This document shows, in pieces, positions 18,232 through 28,435 of a stretch of DNA of 43,834 nucleotides (its first letter is position 1; each line of letters starts with the position of its first letter). A program made the position numbers and the translations under genes. A model generated the notes under the pieces. It did no database searches. It saw only the letters and a program-made list of their open reading frames with translations, and had not been told where the DNA came from. The stretch comes from a virus. The DNA is taken from the UHGV virus genome UHGV-0214218. One strand, given 5' to 3'.

Positions 18232-18709
18232 ATCGCAAATCATGCGCGTGATTGTCAATCATCCAGGGGCAACGCGTGCATACATTGAGAAGCATTGCGG
18301 AGGAAAGCATTCAAGCACCACAACGCATCGTTTGCATGAGATGCTTGCGCTTGGATTCATTCGCCGCGAGAAGTCCGTGATTCGTGGCGGGAAGTGGCAG
18401 TATAAATATTTCATATCTGATGATGCGGCAGGTATTGATGATGCAATTAAGTGTCACCTGATTGATAACGCTGGCGCAGAGGTAAAAGAAATCAGCATAG
18501 CAACTAGCATTGATTATCGCATCGTGAAAAGCCGAATACGCATTATGTTTCATAACGGTGATGTAACGCGAAGCTATGACCACCACAAGAAGCTATGGCG
18601 TTACTCATGGAAGGATAAGGAAGTAAATGTGAGCAACCTGTTTAATTCACTTCTTCGCAACGCAAGAGGTCATCATGGGAAAAGCGAAACGCAAGAAGCA
18701 GGAGTATGA
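18221..18709 (+). CDS. hypothetical protein (162 aa)
   Basis: Internal ATG of track ORF 18182-18709, overlapping the Lar-like stop. Confidence 0.5.
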   Translation: MDYKSQIMRVIVNHPGATRAYIEKHCGGKHSSTTTHRLHEMLALGFIRREKSVIRGGKWQYKYFISDDAAGIDDAIKCHLIDNAGAEVKEISIATSIDYRIVKSRIRIMFHNGDVTRSYDHHKKLWRYSWKDKEVNVSNLFNSLLRNARGHHGKSETQEAGV

Positions 18710-18851
18710 GCCGCTACCACCATGCGAAATGTCAGGAATGCCGCAGCATGAGGATGTGATTCTAACCGAGGCCGAGTGGCGCAAGGTGGCAAGAGTGCAA
18801 ATCATGTTCCGCAAACTTGCTGAGGACGTACTAAATGAGATGGGCTATTAA
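18675..18851 (+). CDS. possible small basic protein (58 aa)
   Basis: ATG 18675. Below the track cutoff. Overlaps both neighbours. Confidence 0.3.
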   Translation: MGKAKRKKQEYEPLPPCEMSGMPQHEDVILTEAEWRKVARVQIMFRKLAEDVLNEMGY

Positions 18852-19239
18852 GCATAAATCAGGCAGAACTCTGTTTGTGACATCGGATGAGTTTATTGCC
18901 AATAACCGCAGAAAAATGGGATGGCTAGTGGAGGAAGTGAAGATGACGAGTAGAGAGCGGTTTGAAGAAGAAATGAGCGATAAATACGAGTGGTTCAGTG
19001 ATGCGATCGCTTGTGCTGATTTTTGCGGTGACGATGATGATGGCTACTATGTTGGCGGTGATTATCTCTATTATGGAAAATCATGTTCAGAGGCTTTGTT
19101 CTGGTTATGGCGAGGATGGCAGGCATCACGCTTAGCTATTGAGATTCAGGCATGCCCATACCCAAACAACCACGGACCACATGTTGATGACTATTACCTC
19201 GACCAAATTAACAACGCAGGCTTAAAGGTGAAAAAATGA
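18835..19239 (+). CDS. hypothetical protein (134 aa)
   Basis: Six-frame ORF. Confidence 0.55.
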   Translation: MRWAIKHKSGRTLFVTSDEFIANNRRKMGWLVEEVKMTSRERFEEEMSDKYEWFSDAIACADFCGDDDDGYYVGGDYLYYGKSCSEALFWLWRGWQASRLAIEIQACPYPNNHGPHVDDYYLDQINNAGLKVKK

Positions 19240-19562
19240 TTATCCCATTAAACGACATTATGAAGGCAGACATCATTCAACTCGAAGATTATGACATGCA
19301 ACTGGCGTTTGAAATTGAAACCGTTGAGCGTCAACTGCAATATGCGGATAAGAAGAACGACCGCGTCTGGCATGAGAAAGCACTTAAAGCGCGCGACCAC
19401 ATGAAGCTCACGCGAGCACTCATCAAAACGCGACTGGATAAGCTGTATTTTGGTGAGGAAAGGATGTTGCATGGCGCTATTCTGGCACAAATCCGTAAGG
19501 AAATGCCAATTGGCAAGTTTATGTCATACGTCCACCGGGCAAAGCAGGAGGCTGGGTTATGA
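19236..19562 (+). CDS. hypothetical protein (108 aa)
   Basis: Six-frame ORF with ATGA overlap. Confidence 0.55.
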   Translation: MIIPLNDIMKADIIQLEDYDMQLAFEIETVERQLQYADKKNDRVWHEKALKARDHMKLTRALIKTRLDKLYFGEERMLHGAILAQIRKEMPIGKFMSYVHRAKQEAGL

Positions 19563-19705
19563 TTCCATTGCTTTGGATATTATCAGCATACGCATTCGTC
19601 AGAGTATTGGAGGCCGATACTCTGTACCAGATGATTTGCTATGGCGCCCTGTTTTGTCTTTCAGGTGCTGCGCTTGCAGTTATGGATGATGTAATTTCAG
19701 ACTAA
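19559..19705 (+). CDS. small membrane protein (48 aa)
   Basis: ATGA overlap. Hydrophobic segments LLWILSAYAFV and ALFCLSGAALAV. Confidence 0.35.
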   Translation: MIPLLWILSAYAFVRVLEADTLYQMICYGALFCLSGAALAVMDDVISD

Positions 19706-19760
19706 CACCGTATATCTTTTGTTCATCATGGGCTGCTATCATTTAATCAGGAGGTAGCCC

Positions 19761-19883
19761 ATGAACATAATCCCTATCACTTACTTTCTCACGCTCTACG
19801 CACTCACCAATTCACCATTGTTTGCACTGGCTACCGCCTCATGGTGCTACATCTCCCTGTGTTATAATTCGACCACAAACTAA
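19761..19883 (+). CDS. possible small hydrophobic protein (40 aa)
   Basis: Strong AGGAGG RBS 6 nt upstream of the ATG. It overlaps the promoter of the head operon. Confidence 0.3.
   Translation: MNIIPITYFLTLYALTNSPLFALATASWCYISLCYNSTTN
19860..19868 (+). promoter_or_regulatory. extended -10 TGTTATAAT upstream of the head protease/scaffold gene
   Basis: TGnTATAAT preceded by GCTACATCTCC. The RBS GTGGAGAG and the ATG at 19900 lie downstream. Confidence 0.45.
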
Positions 19884-19899
19884 CCGTGGAGAGTTAACC

Positions 19900-21779
<1,880 letters not shown>

Positions 21780-21781
21780 TA

Positions 21782-22852
21782 ATGGAAAAGATTATTTTTA
21801 CCAAAGACTTGGTAGCCAACTCCGCAGTAGTGGCTGACCAGTGGAAACATCTCACCATCGACCGCAAGGTGTTCTGCAATGCAGAAGCTGAACTGGCGAA
21901 AACCTATGGCGTTAACGCCACCGCACTGGTAACGAAAGATTACTGGCGCGACGTGGACAACGTCACCACCCGAGTTTTCCGCAATGAAGCTGGTCAGGAC
22001 ATGATGGCTGACCTGATGGGTATCGCGGCAAACATCAACATCGGCAAGACTGTGGCAATCAGCCGCATTGCTTCCGATGCTGGCAAGGTCGTCCGCACTC
22101 TGTCTGGTCAGGAGCCGGAAGATCTGGATAAAACTCGCTACGATTACACTGGCGATGTGATTCCAATCTTCAAGACTGGCTACAGCCGCGAATGGCGTGA
22201 ACTGCTGGGTATGCAGTCTGAAGGTTTTGACCCACTGCTGGACGATCAGGCTAACGTCACCTTCAACCTGCGTTCCGACATGGCGCAGTACCTGCTGACT
22301 GGCGACCAGACTCTGAACGTGAACGGCGTTTACACTGGTTACGGTATCACCAACCACCCGAACACTGTTCAGGTTAACCTGAACGTTTCCGGTGGCCTGA
22401 ATATCGACCTGCAAACCGCAACGCCAGACGAAATCGTGACCTTCTTCAATCAGGATTTCCAGGCTATTCTGGATGCGCAGAACGTATTTGAGCAGGTAAC
22501 TCTGTGGGTTTCCCCGGCAGTACGCCGCAGCTTCATGCGCCCGTATTCTGATGCGGCAGGTTTCAAAGGCGGCACAGTTGAGCAGTACATCACACAGTTC
22601 GGCAACGGTCGCATCGGCAAGATTGGCACCAACTTCCTGCTGACTGGCAACCACTTTGTTGGCTATGTTCGCAACGACATGTACATCCGTCCGCGTGTTG
22701 CTCAGCCTGTTTCCACCTATGCGGCAGCCCGTGTCAACCCGCACGATAACTTCAACTTTATGGTATGGTCTGCTTACGGAATCCAGATACGCAAGGATTT
22801 CGCTGGTCGTTCGAAAGTATTTAACGGCTATGGGACGCAAACTCCGAAGTGA
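21782..22852 (+). CDS. major capsid protein
   Basis: 356 aa with strongly optimised E. coli codons. Position after the scaffold and decoration genes, and a strong terminator follows. Confidence 0.7.
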   Translation: MEKIIFTKDLVANSAVVADQWKHLTIDRKVFCNAEAELAKTYGVNATALVTKDYWRDVDNVTTRVFRNEAGQDMMADLMGIAANINIGKTVAISRIASDAGKVVRTLSGQEPEDLDKTRYDYTGDVIPIFKTGYSREWRELLGMQSEGFDPLLDDQANVTFNLRSDMAQYLLTGDQTLNVNGVYTGYGITNHPNTVQVNLNVSGGLNIDLQTATPDEIVTFFNQDFQAILDAQNVFEQVTLWVSPAVRRSFMRPYSDAAGFKGGTVEQYITQFGNGRIGKIGTNFLLTGNHFVGYVRNDMYIRPRVAQPVSTYAAARVNPHDNFNFMVWSAYGIQIRKDFAGRSKVFNGYGTQTPK

Positions 22853-22870
22853 TAAAAAAAAGGGGCTTCG
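22844..22870 (+). terminator. rho-independent terminator (AGGGGC-TTCG-GCCCCT followed by TTAT) after the capsid gene
   Basis: 6-bp GC stem with a GNRA-like tetraloop, preceded by A8. Confidence 0.75.
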
Positions 22871-22895
22871 GCCCCTTTATGAATTGAGGTGAATA

Positions 22896-23093
22896 ATGGC
22901 TAAATACGAAGTCATCGCACGAGGCATCTTTGTAAAAGAAAAGGGCAAGATTCGTGAATTGCAGCTTGGCGAGGTTATCACTGAGCCAGCTGAACATCTG
23001 ATGTCAAAACTGCGCATCATGCCAGAACTGGAAAAGTCTTTCGAGGTCGCAACCCCGCAAGAAAAGACGACAAAGAGAAAGAAAGCAGAGTAA
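22896..23093 (+). CDS. hypothetical protein (65 aa)
   Basis: GAGGTG RBS. Lies between two terminators. Confidence 0.45.
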   Translation: MAKYEVIARGIFVKEKGKIRELQLGEVITEPAEHLMSKLRIMPELEKSFEVATPQEKTTKRKKAE

Positions 23094-23096
23094 ACA

Positions 23097-23122
23097 AAAC
23101 CCGCATGATGCGGGTTTTTTAT
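23097..23122. terminator. bidirectional terminator (CCCGC-ATGAT-GCGGG followed by TTTTTT), A-rich on the other side
   Basis: Separates the rightward head operon from the leftward methyltransferase operon. Confidence 0.75.
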
Positions 23123-23124
23123 TG

Positions 23125-23661
23125 CTACAGACGCATCGGCATAACAACAATCTTCGCAGTCTCGCCAGATGGCGCGCTAAGGCAGCAAACTGCGGCATTT
23201 GTGTTTCCATTCAGTTCAAATTTAACACCACAGAATTTAGGATTAAACAGCTTCGCCACTTTCTCAATATCAACAAGGTATCCAGCATTGAAGCCAATTT
23301 CCTCTGTTGGCAAGGTCTGCTTCGGTATCACGCGATCAATATCAGGGAATCGACCATCAATCTCTTCGCAGATACCAGCGCCAACCATCGCGCCAGCTTC
23401 ATCATGATACGTTGCAATTTTCGACTTGGTATCAATGATGGCGTACTCATAGCGTTTTGTTGGAGATTTACCAATCTTGATAATCACATTTTCTGTCAGC
23501 TTATTGTCATGACTGCAGCCAATGAATGCGCGATGACCATCAGTTGAGGCAATGCGACCATCAAGCATAAAGCAGATTCCGTTCAGGTAGTAGCGGACAT
23601 CATTGCGAGCCTGAAATATTAATGCCGATTCAAGTAATAATTTGCTGATTTTTAGTTTCAT
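23125..23661 (-). CDS. hypothetical protein (178 aa). The N-terminal pattern faintly resembles domain I of DNA polymerase sliding clamps.
   Basis: ATG at 23659-23661, taken in preference to the GTG track start. The pattern is LLESALIFQARNDVRYYLNGICFMLDGRIASTDGHRA. Confidence 0.45.
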   Translation of the reverse strand: MKLKISKLLLESALIFQARNDVRYYLNGICFMLDGRIASTDGHRAFIGCSHDNKLTENVIIKIGKSPTKRYEYAIIDTKSKIATYHDEAGAMVGAGICEEIDGRFPDIDRVIPKQTLPTEEIGFNAGYLVDIEKVAKLFNPKFCGVKFELNGNTNAAVCCLSAPSGETAKIVVMPMRL

Positions 23662-23834
23662 CACTTCACCTTAATCATGTGCTGTTTTGCAACTTTCAGG
23701 CATTCTTCAAAAATGCCGCCCTTCTTTGCACTCTGATTGCGCTTGTAATACTGGATTGCCGCATCAATTGCCATCTGGTCAATGTCAGGTAGCTTGGCGC
23801 GCAGCTGTTTTTCGATGAATTGTTCGGGACTCAT
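23661..23834 (-). CDS. small protein (57 aa)
   Basis: ATGA overlap with the methyltransferase stop. Its stop overlaps the next ATG. Confidence 0.35.
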   Translation of the reverse strand: MSPEQFIEKQLRAKLPDIDQMAIDAAIQYYKRNQSAKKGGIFEECLKVAKQHMIKVK

Positions 23835-24550
23835 CCTAAAATCCTATTTTTTGCTATTTCAAAATACACATCATCTTTTTCAATGCCGATGAACCTACGC
23901 CCTGTGTTTATGCACGCCACGCCAGTTGTGCCGCTGCCCATAGTGAAATCGAGAACCGTTTCACCCTCATTGGTGTAGGTCTTGATTAGGTACTCCATGA
24001 GGGTGACTGGTTTTTGTGTCGGGCGAACTGTTTTCCCTTCGCTTGGAAACCTTTGAATTGTCTTTGGGTAGTTTGTGTGAGTTTGAAGGTACTCTGTTTT
24101 CCTCACCCCGCCGCCATTGTTATCTGTAACCTTTGAGCCTTGCTTTGTTATTTTGTTGCACTCGATAAGACCTTGAGGATAGTAAGCTGGAGAACTCGCA
24201 GAAAAAACGATTACATCTTCATGTATTTTTAAAGGCTGTTTTTTAGCGAGCATCTGGTTTGCGAATCTGGTTTTCTCCCAAACCCAACAATACTTAAACA
24301 TCTTCATGTTGCTTGCAATGAGTGTTGTAGTAAACGGCTGGCTTGCAGTCATCACAATAGCGCCGTTCGGCTTTATGATGCGCTTCAATTGTTCCCACAT
24401 TGGCTCAAGAGGGATGATGGAGTCCCATTTACAGGCGGTTGTACCATAAGGTGGGTCGGTAAGCACCAGATCAACGCTACCACCTGGAATAGACTTCATA
24501 ACTTCCAGACAATCACCATGAATTAATTGCACACCTTTATTTATAATCAT
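23831..24550 (-). CDS. DNA methyltransferase, beta-class amino-MTase (motif IV DPPY precedes motif I FTMGSGTT); N6-adenine (Dam-like) or N4-cytosine
   Basis: DLVLTDPPYG comes before DFTMGSGTTGVA, the circular permutation typical of the beta class. Confidence 0.85.
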   Translation of the reverse strand: MIINKGVQLIHGDCLEVMKSIPGGSVDLVLTDPPYGTTACKWDSIIPLEPMWEQLKRIIKPNGAIVMTASQPFTTTLIASNMKMFKYCWVWEKTRFANQMLAKKQPLKIHEDVIVFSASSPAYYPQGLIECNKITKQGSKVTDNNGGGVRKTEYLQTHTNYPKTIQRFPSEGKTVRPTQKPVTLMEYLIKTYTNEGETVLDFTMGSGTTGVACINTGRRFIGIEKDDVYFEIAKNRILG

Positions 24551-25359
24551 TACATCTTCTCCAGAATTGCCATAACCTCGTGAATGTCAGCAACAGGAAT
24601 CTGGATAAATTCCTCATCCTCTGCCACCACATGACCAGCGGGAAGAATCACATGGTCTGCCGGCTTCAATAACTCAATCAAACGGTCTACTGGCTTAATC
24701 TTTTTCGACTTCAGCACCTTTGCCGTGACCTTGTCCTTGCCCTGCGCCTTCGCTTCTTCGACTGCCTCGTCGATAACTTTTACCGCATCATCACCATGCT
24801 CACGCGTTACTGCTACGGCATTTGCATAGCTGATTTGCCCGGCGCTGATTCGCGCTTTTACTTCCGCTGGAACGTCACCCAACGACAGATGCATCTGCAC
24901 GTCAGACACTGAACGCCCTACCTTCTTGGCGATTTCTTCATTCGTCCAGCCAAAGCCTTTCAGTCGCGTGTAAGCCTTTGCGCGCTCAAACGGGTCAAGT
25001 TGCTTGCCCTGACTTGATGACACCATGAATGCGATTTTATCCGCCTCGTCGCCAGTGAAATCTTTGCACTCAATGCGAACGATTGGTGCTCCGCGCTCAA
25101 TGGCACGCAATGCGCCGAGATAGCGGTGCTGACCATCAAGAATGCGGATTCCTTTCTCGTCAGGAATAACTGTTAATGCTGGTAATGGCTGACCTGATTC
25201 CCAGCACTGCGCGAAATATTCCACATGCTGCTCATCTGCTTCACGGATGTTATATCCCGGCTCCAGATAGATTTGTTCCACTGGTACGATATAGGTTTTG
25301 TTAACAGCGATGCCGTTGCGCGTTTCTTTGTCTGAATAGATTTTACTGAGTGTTTTCAT
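24550..25359 (-). CDS. ParB-like nuclease domain protein
   Basis: ParB/Srx-fold N-terminal motif ILDGQHRYLGAL. Start overlaps the methyltransferase stop by ATGA. Confidence 0.7.
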   Translation of the reverse strand: MKTLSKIYSDKETRNGIAVNKTYIVPVEQIYLEPGYNIREADEQHVEYFAQCWESGQPLPALTVIPDEKGIRILDGQHRYLGALRAIERGAPIVRIECKDFTGDEADKIAFMVSSSQGKQLDPFERAKAYTRLKGFGWTNEEIAKKVGRSVSDVQMHLSLGDVPAEVKARISAGQISYANAVAVTREHGDDAVKVIDEAVEEAKAQGKDKVTAKVLKSKKIKPVDRLIELLKPADHVILPAGHVVAEDEEFIQIPVADIHEVMAILEKM

Positions 25360-25362
25360 TGT

Positions 25363-25554
25363 TTATCCTTGAAATCCATGTGAGTAAGCATAGTTATATG
25401 CATCTTCTGAGTTATCAAAATATTCATAACCAGTCCATCCATCGCGAATAAACTGGCAGCACCAGTGAGCTGGAATGCCTTCATCGGATGCCTGATAAAA
25501 AACATCAACAACCACAACTTCTGTTTCACCTTCCATCTTCATCACCTCTAACAT
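25363..25554 (-). CDS. hypothetical protein (63 aa), first gene of the ParB/methyltransferase operon
   Basis: Six-frame ORF with GAGGTGATGAAG RBS. Confidence 0.5.
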   Translation of the reverse strand: MLEVMKMEGETEVVVVDVFYQASDEGIPAHWCCQFIRDGWTGYEYFDNSEDAYNYAYSHGFQG

Positions 25555-25577
25555 TTATTGTTGTTTCTACGTCACTA

Positions 25578-25606
25578 ACTATAAACTCACCGTCAATCTA
25601 CGTCAA
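25578..25606 (-). promoter_or_regulatory. leftward promoter TTGACG-17-TATAGT (contains the 12-mer TTGACGTAGATT)
   Basis: -35 is the complement of 25601-25606 and -10 the complement of 25578-25583. A second CGTCAA/TCTACGTCAC copy lies 30 bp away. Confidence 0.55.
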
Positions 25607-25653
25607 CAGGAATATGCTAAAATCATGCTAATCAAACAACAGGAGATTTAAAC

Positions 25654-25773
25654 ATGGGCTCCACCAATTCGCCCTCTCGTTCACGCGCTGCTGGCAACAC
25701 AAAAACTGGTAGTAAAACTGGCACAGTGAAGCCAAACGGTTCCACTCGTTCACCATCGCGTGGTAAGAAATAA
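25654..25773 (+). CDS. small basic Ser/Thr/Gly-rich peptide (39 aa)
   Basis: AGGAG RBS. Stop overlaps the next ATG. Preceded by an extended -10 TGCTAAAAT. Confidence 0.3.
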   Translation: MGSTNSPSRSRAAGNTKTGSKTGTVKPNGSTRSPSRGKK

Positions 25774-26213
25774 TGTTCGGCGCAGATATTGCCATCATAA
25801 TCATGTATGTGTTGGGTTTCGCCTGCACAGGCATGGTTGCGTTTCTGGTGTTCATTCCGGCAATGGTGATGTCTGCGTATCTTGGATGGGTGCTTATTGA
25901 TTCATTTCCCGCCGAATATCTGTATTACCTTGCGCAGTCTATGGTCTGGTTGTTTCCGGCTATTGCGCTGCAAAAAAGTACAAAGATGGCGCTCTGCGTG
26001 CTGACGATGAGCCTTTACGAATGGCTGGTTGCGATAGAGTCATTCGTATGGGAATTTATCACGCCTGTAGAAACGCCGCTTCATGCGCAGTACGCATTTA
26101 TTATTATCGGCATCCATCTGTTCATCCTTTCCATCACTTTTAAATGGGGCGGCGAAATTGGACATTATTCTTGGCGTGGTCGCCATTGTTTTTTCGCTGA
26201 TTCAAATCTATAA
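25773..26213 (+). CDS. polytopic membrane protein (146 aa)
   Basis: Four or more hydrophobic helices. Confidence 0.5.
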   Translation: MFGADIAIIIMYVLGFACTGMVAFLVFIPAMVMSAYLGWVLIDSFPAEYLYYLAQSMVWLFPAIALQKSTKMALCVLTMSLYEWLVAIESFVWEFITPVETPLHAQYAFIIIGIHLFILSITFKWGGEIGHYSWRGRHCFFADSNL

Positions 26214-26245
26214 GTGCTGGAAACATATCATCAGCGAGACACGCA

Positions 26246-26530
26246 ATGAACGGAGCACTAAGGCAAGTCGCAGAGCAGATTATAAGCGGAACGGCAGGGC
26301 AGGTGATTGATAAGGCTGGATATGCTTCTATTGGCACTGGCATCGGCCTGAAAGTCGCAGAGCAAACACCTGTCACGCAATCTTATTTTGAGGCTATGAT
26401 TCCACACAGTCTGACAGAGTGGGCGGCAGTAGCGTCAATACTTGGTGCGCTATCTCTGGTAATAAAAAACCTCTTTGAAATGTGGTGGAAGATACGGGAG
26501 TCGAAAAAAAATGGCAGCACCAACACCTGA
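26246..26530 (+). CDS. membrane protein with C-terminal TM helix and basic tail (94 aa)
   Basis: AAVASILGALSLVIKNLFEMWW followed by KIRESKKNGSTNT. Confidence 0.45.
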   Translation: MNGALRQVAEQIISGTAGQVIDKAGYASIGTGIGLKVAEQTPVTQSYFEAMIPHSLTEWAAVASILGALSLVIKNLFEMWWKIRESKKNGSTNT

Positions 26531-26903
26531 AGAATTAGTAAGCCAAATGGCATCCCGTGGAATGACTATCACCACGACGGATGCGTCTGGTATTCTGTGC
26601 CTTGTGGCGTTAATCAGTGAATGCCTTGAGCTGAACTATCCAAACGATGAATGCCGACAAAATGCGATCATGTTGTGGGCTTCCATCCTGATTAGCGCAA
26701 ATACCGCTGGTCGCTACGTTACCAGTCAGAGCGCACCGTCTGGCGCATCACAATCATTCGCGTATGGCAGTAAGCCGTGGGTGGCGCTGTACAATCAGAT
26801 GAAGCTACTGGATACGGCAGGATGCACTGGAGATTTGGTTGAAGACCCTGACGGTGGTAGTAAGCCGTGGTTTGCGGTTGTGCGTGGGAGAAAGTGCAAA
26901 TGA
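26511..26903 (+). CDS. putative head-tail connector / adaptor protein
   Basis: Internal ATG of track ORF 26475-26903. First of four short, tightly coupled genes ahead of the tail module. Confidence 0.4.
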   Translation: MAAPTPEELVSQMASRGMTITTTDASGILCLVALISECLELNYPNDECRQNAIMLWASILISANTAGRYVTSQSAPSGASQSFAYGSKPWVALYNQMKLLDTAGCTGDLVEDPDGGSKPWFAVVRGRKCK

Positions 26904-27241
26904 CTTCACTGGCTAACTGGAGTTACACGCAGTCATGCACCATCTGGCACAAGAGCGGCACCGACAAGTACGGTAAGCCGACTTTTGACGCACCAGTGAG
27001 CATCATGTGCGATTATGGATTTAACGATGATGTATCGACCGATGCGAAAGGTAATGAGATTGTGCAGAAGAATACCTTCTGGACAGAATACACTGCCGCT
27101 AAGGTGGGCGACTACATCATGATTGGCACGGTAACAGATGCTGACCCGTTGGCAGCTGGCGCTAACCAGATTCTGAATGTGATTAATTATGGCAACACCC
27201 TGAATAGGGCTGAGCCACCTGATTTCGCACTGGTGACATAA
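26900..27241 (+). CDS. putative head closure / head-tail joining protein
   Basis: Internal ATG. The W..YTQ...W.K...D.YG motif is typical of head-tail joining proteins. Confidence 0.4.
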   Translation: MTSLANWSYTQSCTIWHKSGTDKYGKPTFDAPVSIMCDYGFNDDVSTDAKGNEIVQKNTFWTEYTAAKVGDYIMIGTVTDADPLAAGANQILNVINYGNTLNRAEPPDFALVT

Positions 27242-27639
27242 TGCCAGCGAAATTAAGAGGCGTACGTCAGGCCGTAGAGAGAACTTCGCAGATTGTGGAT
27301 GAGATAATCGCCACGAAAGCCGTGCGTGCGGTCAAGTCAGCTGCATACATCATCCGCACCGAATCAGCCACACTAACGCCAATTGACACGTCAACGCTGA
27401 TTAACAGTCAGTTTGATACTGTGGAAGTTAGCGGGACGCGAATCACTGGCAAGGTTGGCTACTCTGCAAAATATGCGCTGTACGTCCATAACGCCAGCGG
27501 CAAACTTACAGGGAAACCGCGCAGTAACGGCAATGGCACGTATTGGTCGCCTGGTGGTGAACCACAATTCCTGACCAAAGCAGCGCAACGCACAAAAGAC
27601 CTTGTTGATAGCGTGATTAAGAAGGAGATGACACTCTAA
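27241..27639 (+). CDS. HK97 gp10-family neck/tail-completion protein
   Basis: TVEVSGTRITGKVGYSAKYALYVHNASG matches the gp10-family core. ATGA coupling. Confidence 0.5.
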   Translation: MPAKLRGVRQAVERTSQIVDEIIATKAVRAVKSAAYIIRTESATLTPIDTSTLINSQFDTVEVSGTRITGKVGYSAKYALYVHNASGKLTGKPRSNGNGTYWSPGGEPQFLTKAAQRTKDLVDSVIKKEMTL

Positions 27640-28013
27640 TGAATATGCTTGAACTGGTTGATGCATATCTTCAGGATGCAGGATTGTACGATGGCTGGAC
27701 TTCGCAGTTGCAGTTCTGGAATGACACCGGAGATGGCAACGAGCAATTTATTGTTCTGCAATCCAACGGCGGCACGCAGGTGATGGATGGCATCGGCGGT
27801 GACTTCTATTTCTCGCTGTATGTTGTCGGCAGGCATGGTCAATACAACGTTGCCGATGTTGATGCGAAAGCCAATGAGATTATCGAATACATCAAGACGC
27901 ATCCGATTGATTCATGCGTTAACTATATCCAGTTGCAAGCGCCACTCGGTAGGCCGATGTTGACTGAGGAGAAGAGACCAGTGCATGAGTTGCTTTTGCT
28001 GGTTGTGAAATAA
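27639..28013 (+). CDS. putative tail terminator / neck protein
   Basis: Last of the four small coupled genes before the major tail gene. Confidence 0.35.
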   Translation: MNMLELVDAYLQDAGLYDGWTSQLQFWNDTGDGNEQFIVLQSNGGTQVMDGIGGDFYFSLYVVGRHGQYNVADVDAKANEIIEYIKTHPIDSCVNYIQLQAPLGRPMLTEEKRPVHELLLLVVK

Positions 28014-28016
28014 ATA

Positions 28017-28040
28017 AAGCCGCACTTGGCGGCCTTATTA
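28017..28040 (+). terminator. weak terminator-like hairpin (GCCGC-ACTTG-GCGGC followed by CTTATTA)
   Basis: 5-bp stem and a poor T-run. May act as an attenuator ahead of the long leader. Confidence 0.3.
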
Positions 28041-28068
28041 CTGGTTTAAGCATTGCCAGCGTGCTTTC

Positions 28069-28132
28069 TTAATATCCAGCCCCGTAACCCATACATACCC
28101 CTACATATGATTGCGATAATGCTGGATATTAA
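28069..28132. repeat. perfect 12-bp inverted repeat TTAATATCCAGC / GCTGGATATTAA separated by 40 nt inside a 430-bp non-coding leader
   Basis: Arms at 28069-28080 and 28121-28132. Partial extension of the stem on both sides. Confidence 0.5.
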
Positions 28133-28426
28133 GTGCTGTGGCGTCTCGCGATTAACTGAGACCGGCATAACAATGGATGCAAACCTATCCAAATAATCAA
28201 GATGGCATTACCACAACGGCAAGAGCACTCCCACTTTAACCCGCACGACCCATTAATACGCCGTCGGCTGCTCTGAAATGCTCTTACCTGTTGTGTGCCG
28301 GTTACGCGTCCGGCGTCTCTCGACCGCTAATTGCAATTGAAGAATTGTCTGTAATTAAATGAAATCAGGGAACCAATCTCTGTTAAATCCAAATCTACAC
28401 CACAAAATAATCACTGTCAACACCTG

Positions 28427-28435
28427 TGATATAAT
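28427..28435 (+). promoter_or_regulatory. extended -10 TGATATAAT with AATCTACACCAC at about -40, promoter of the major tail gene
   Basis: CTGTGATATAATCACC with the AATCTACACCAC motif at 28392-28403. GGAG RBS and the ATG at 28472 follow. Confidence 0.5.
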
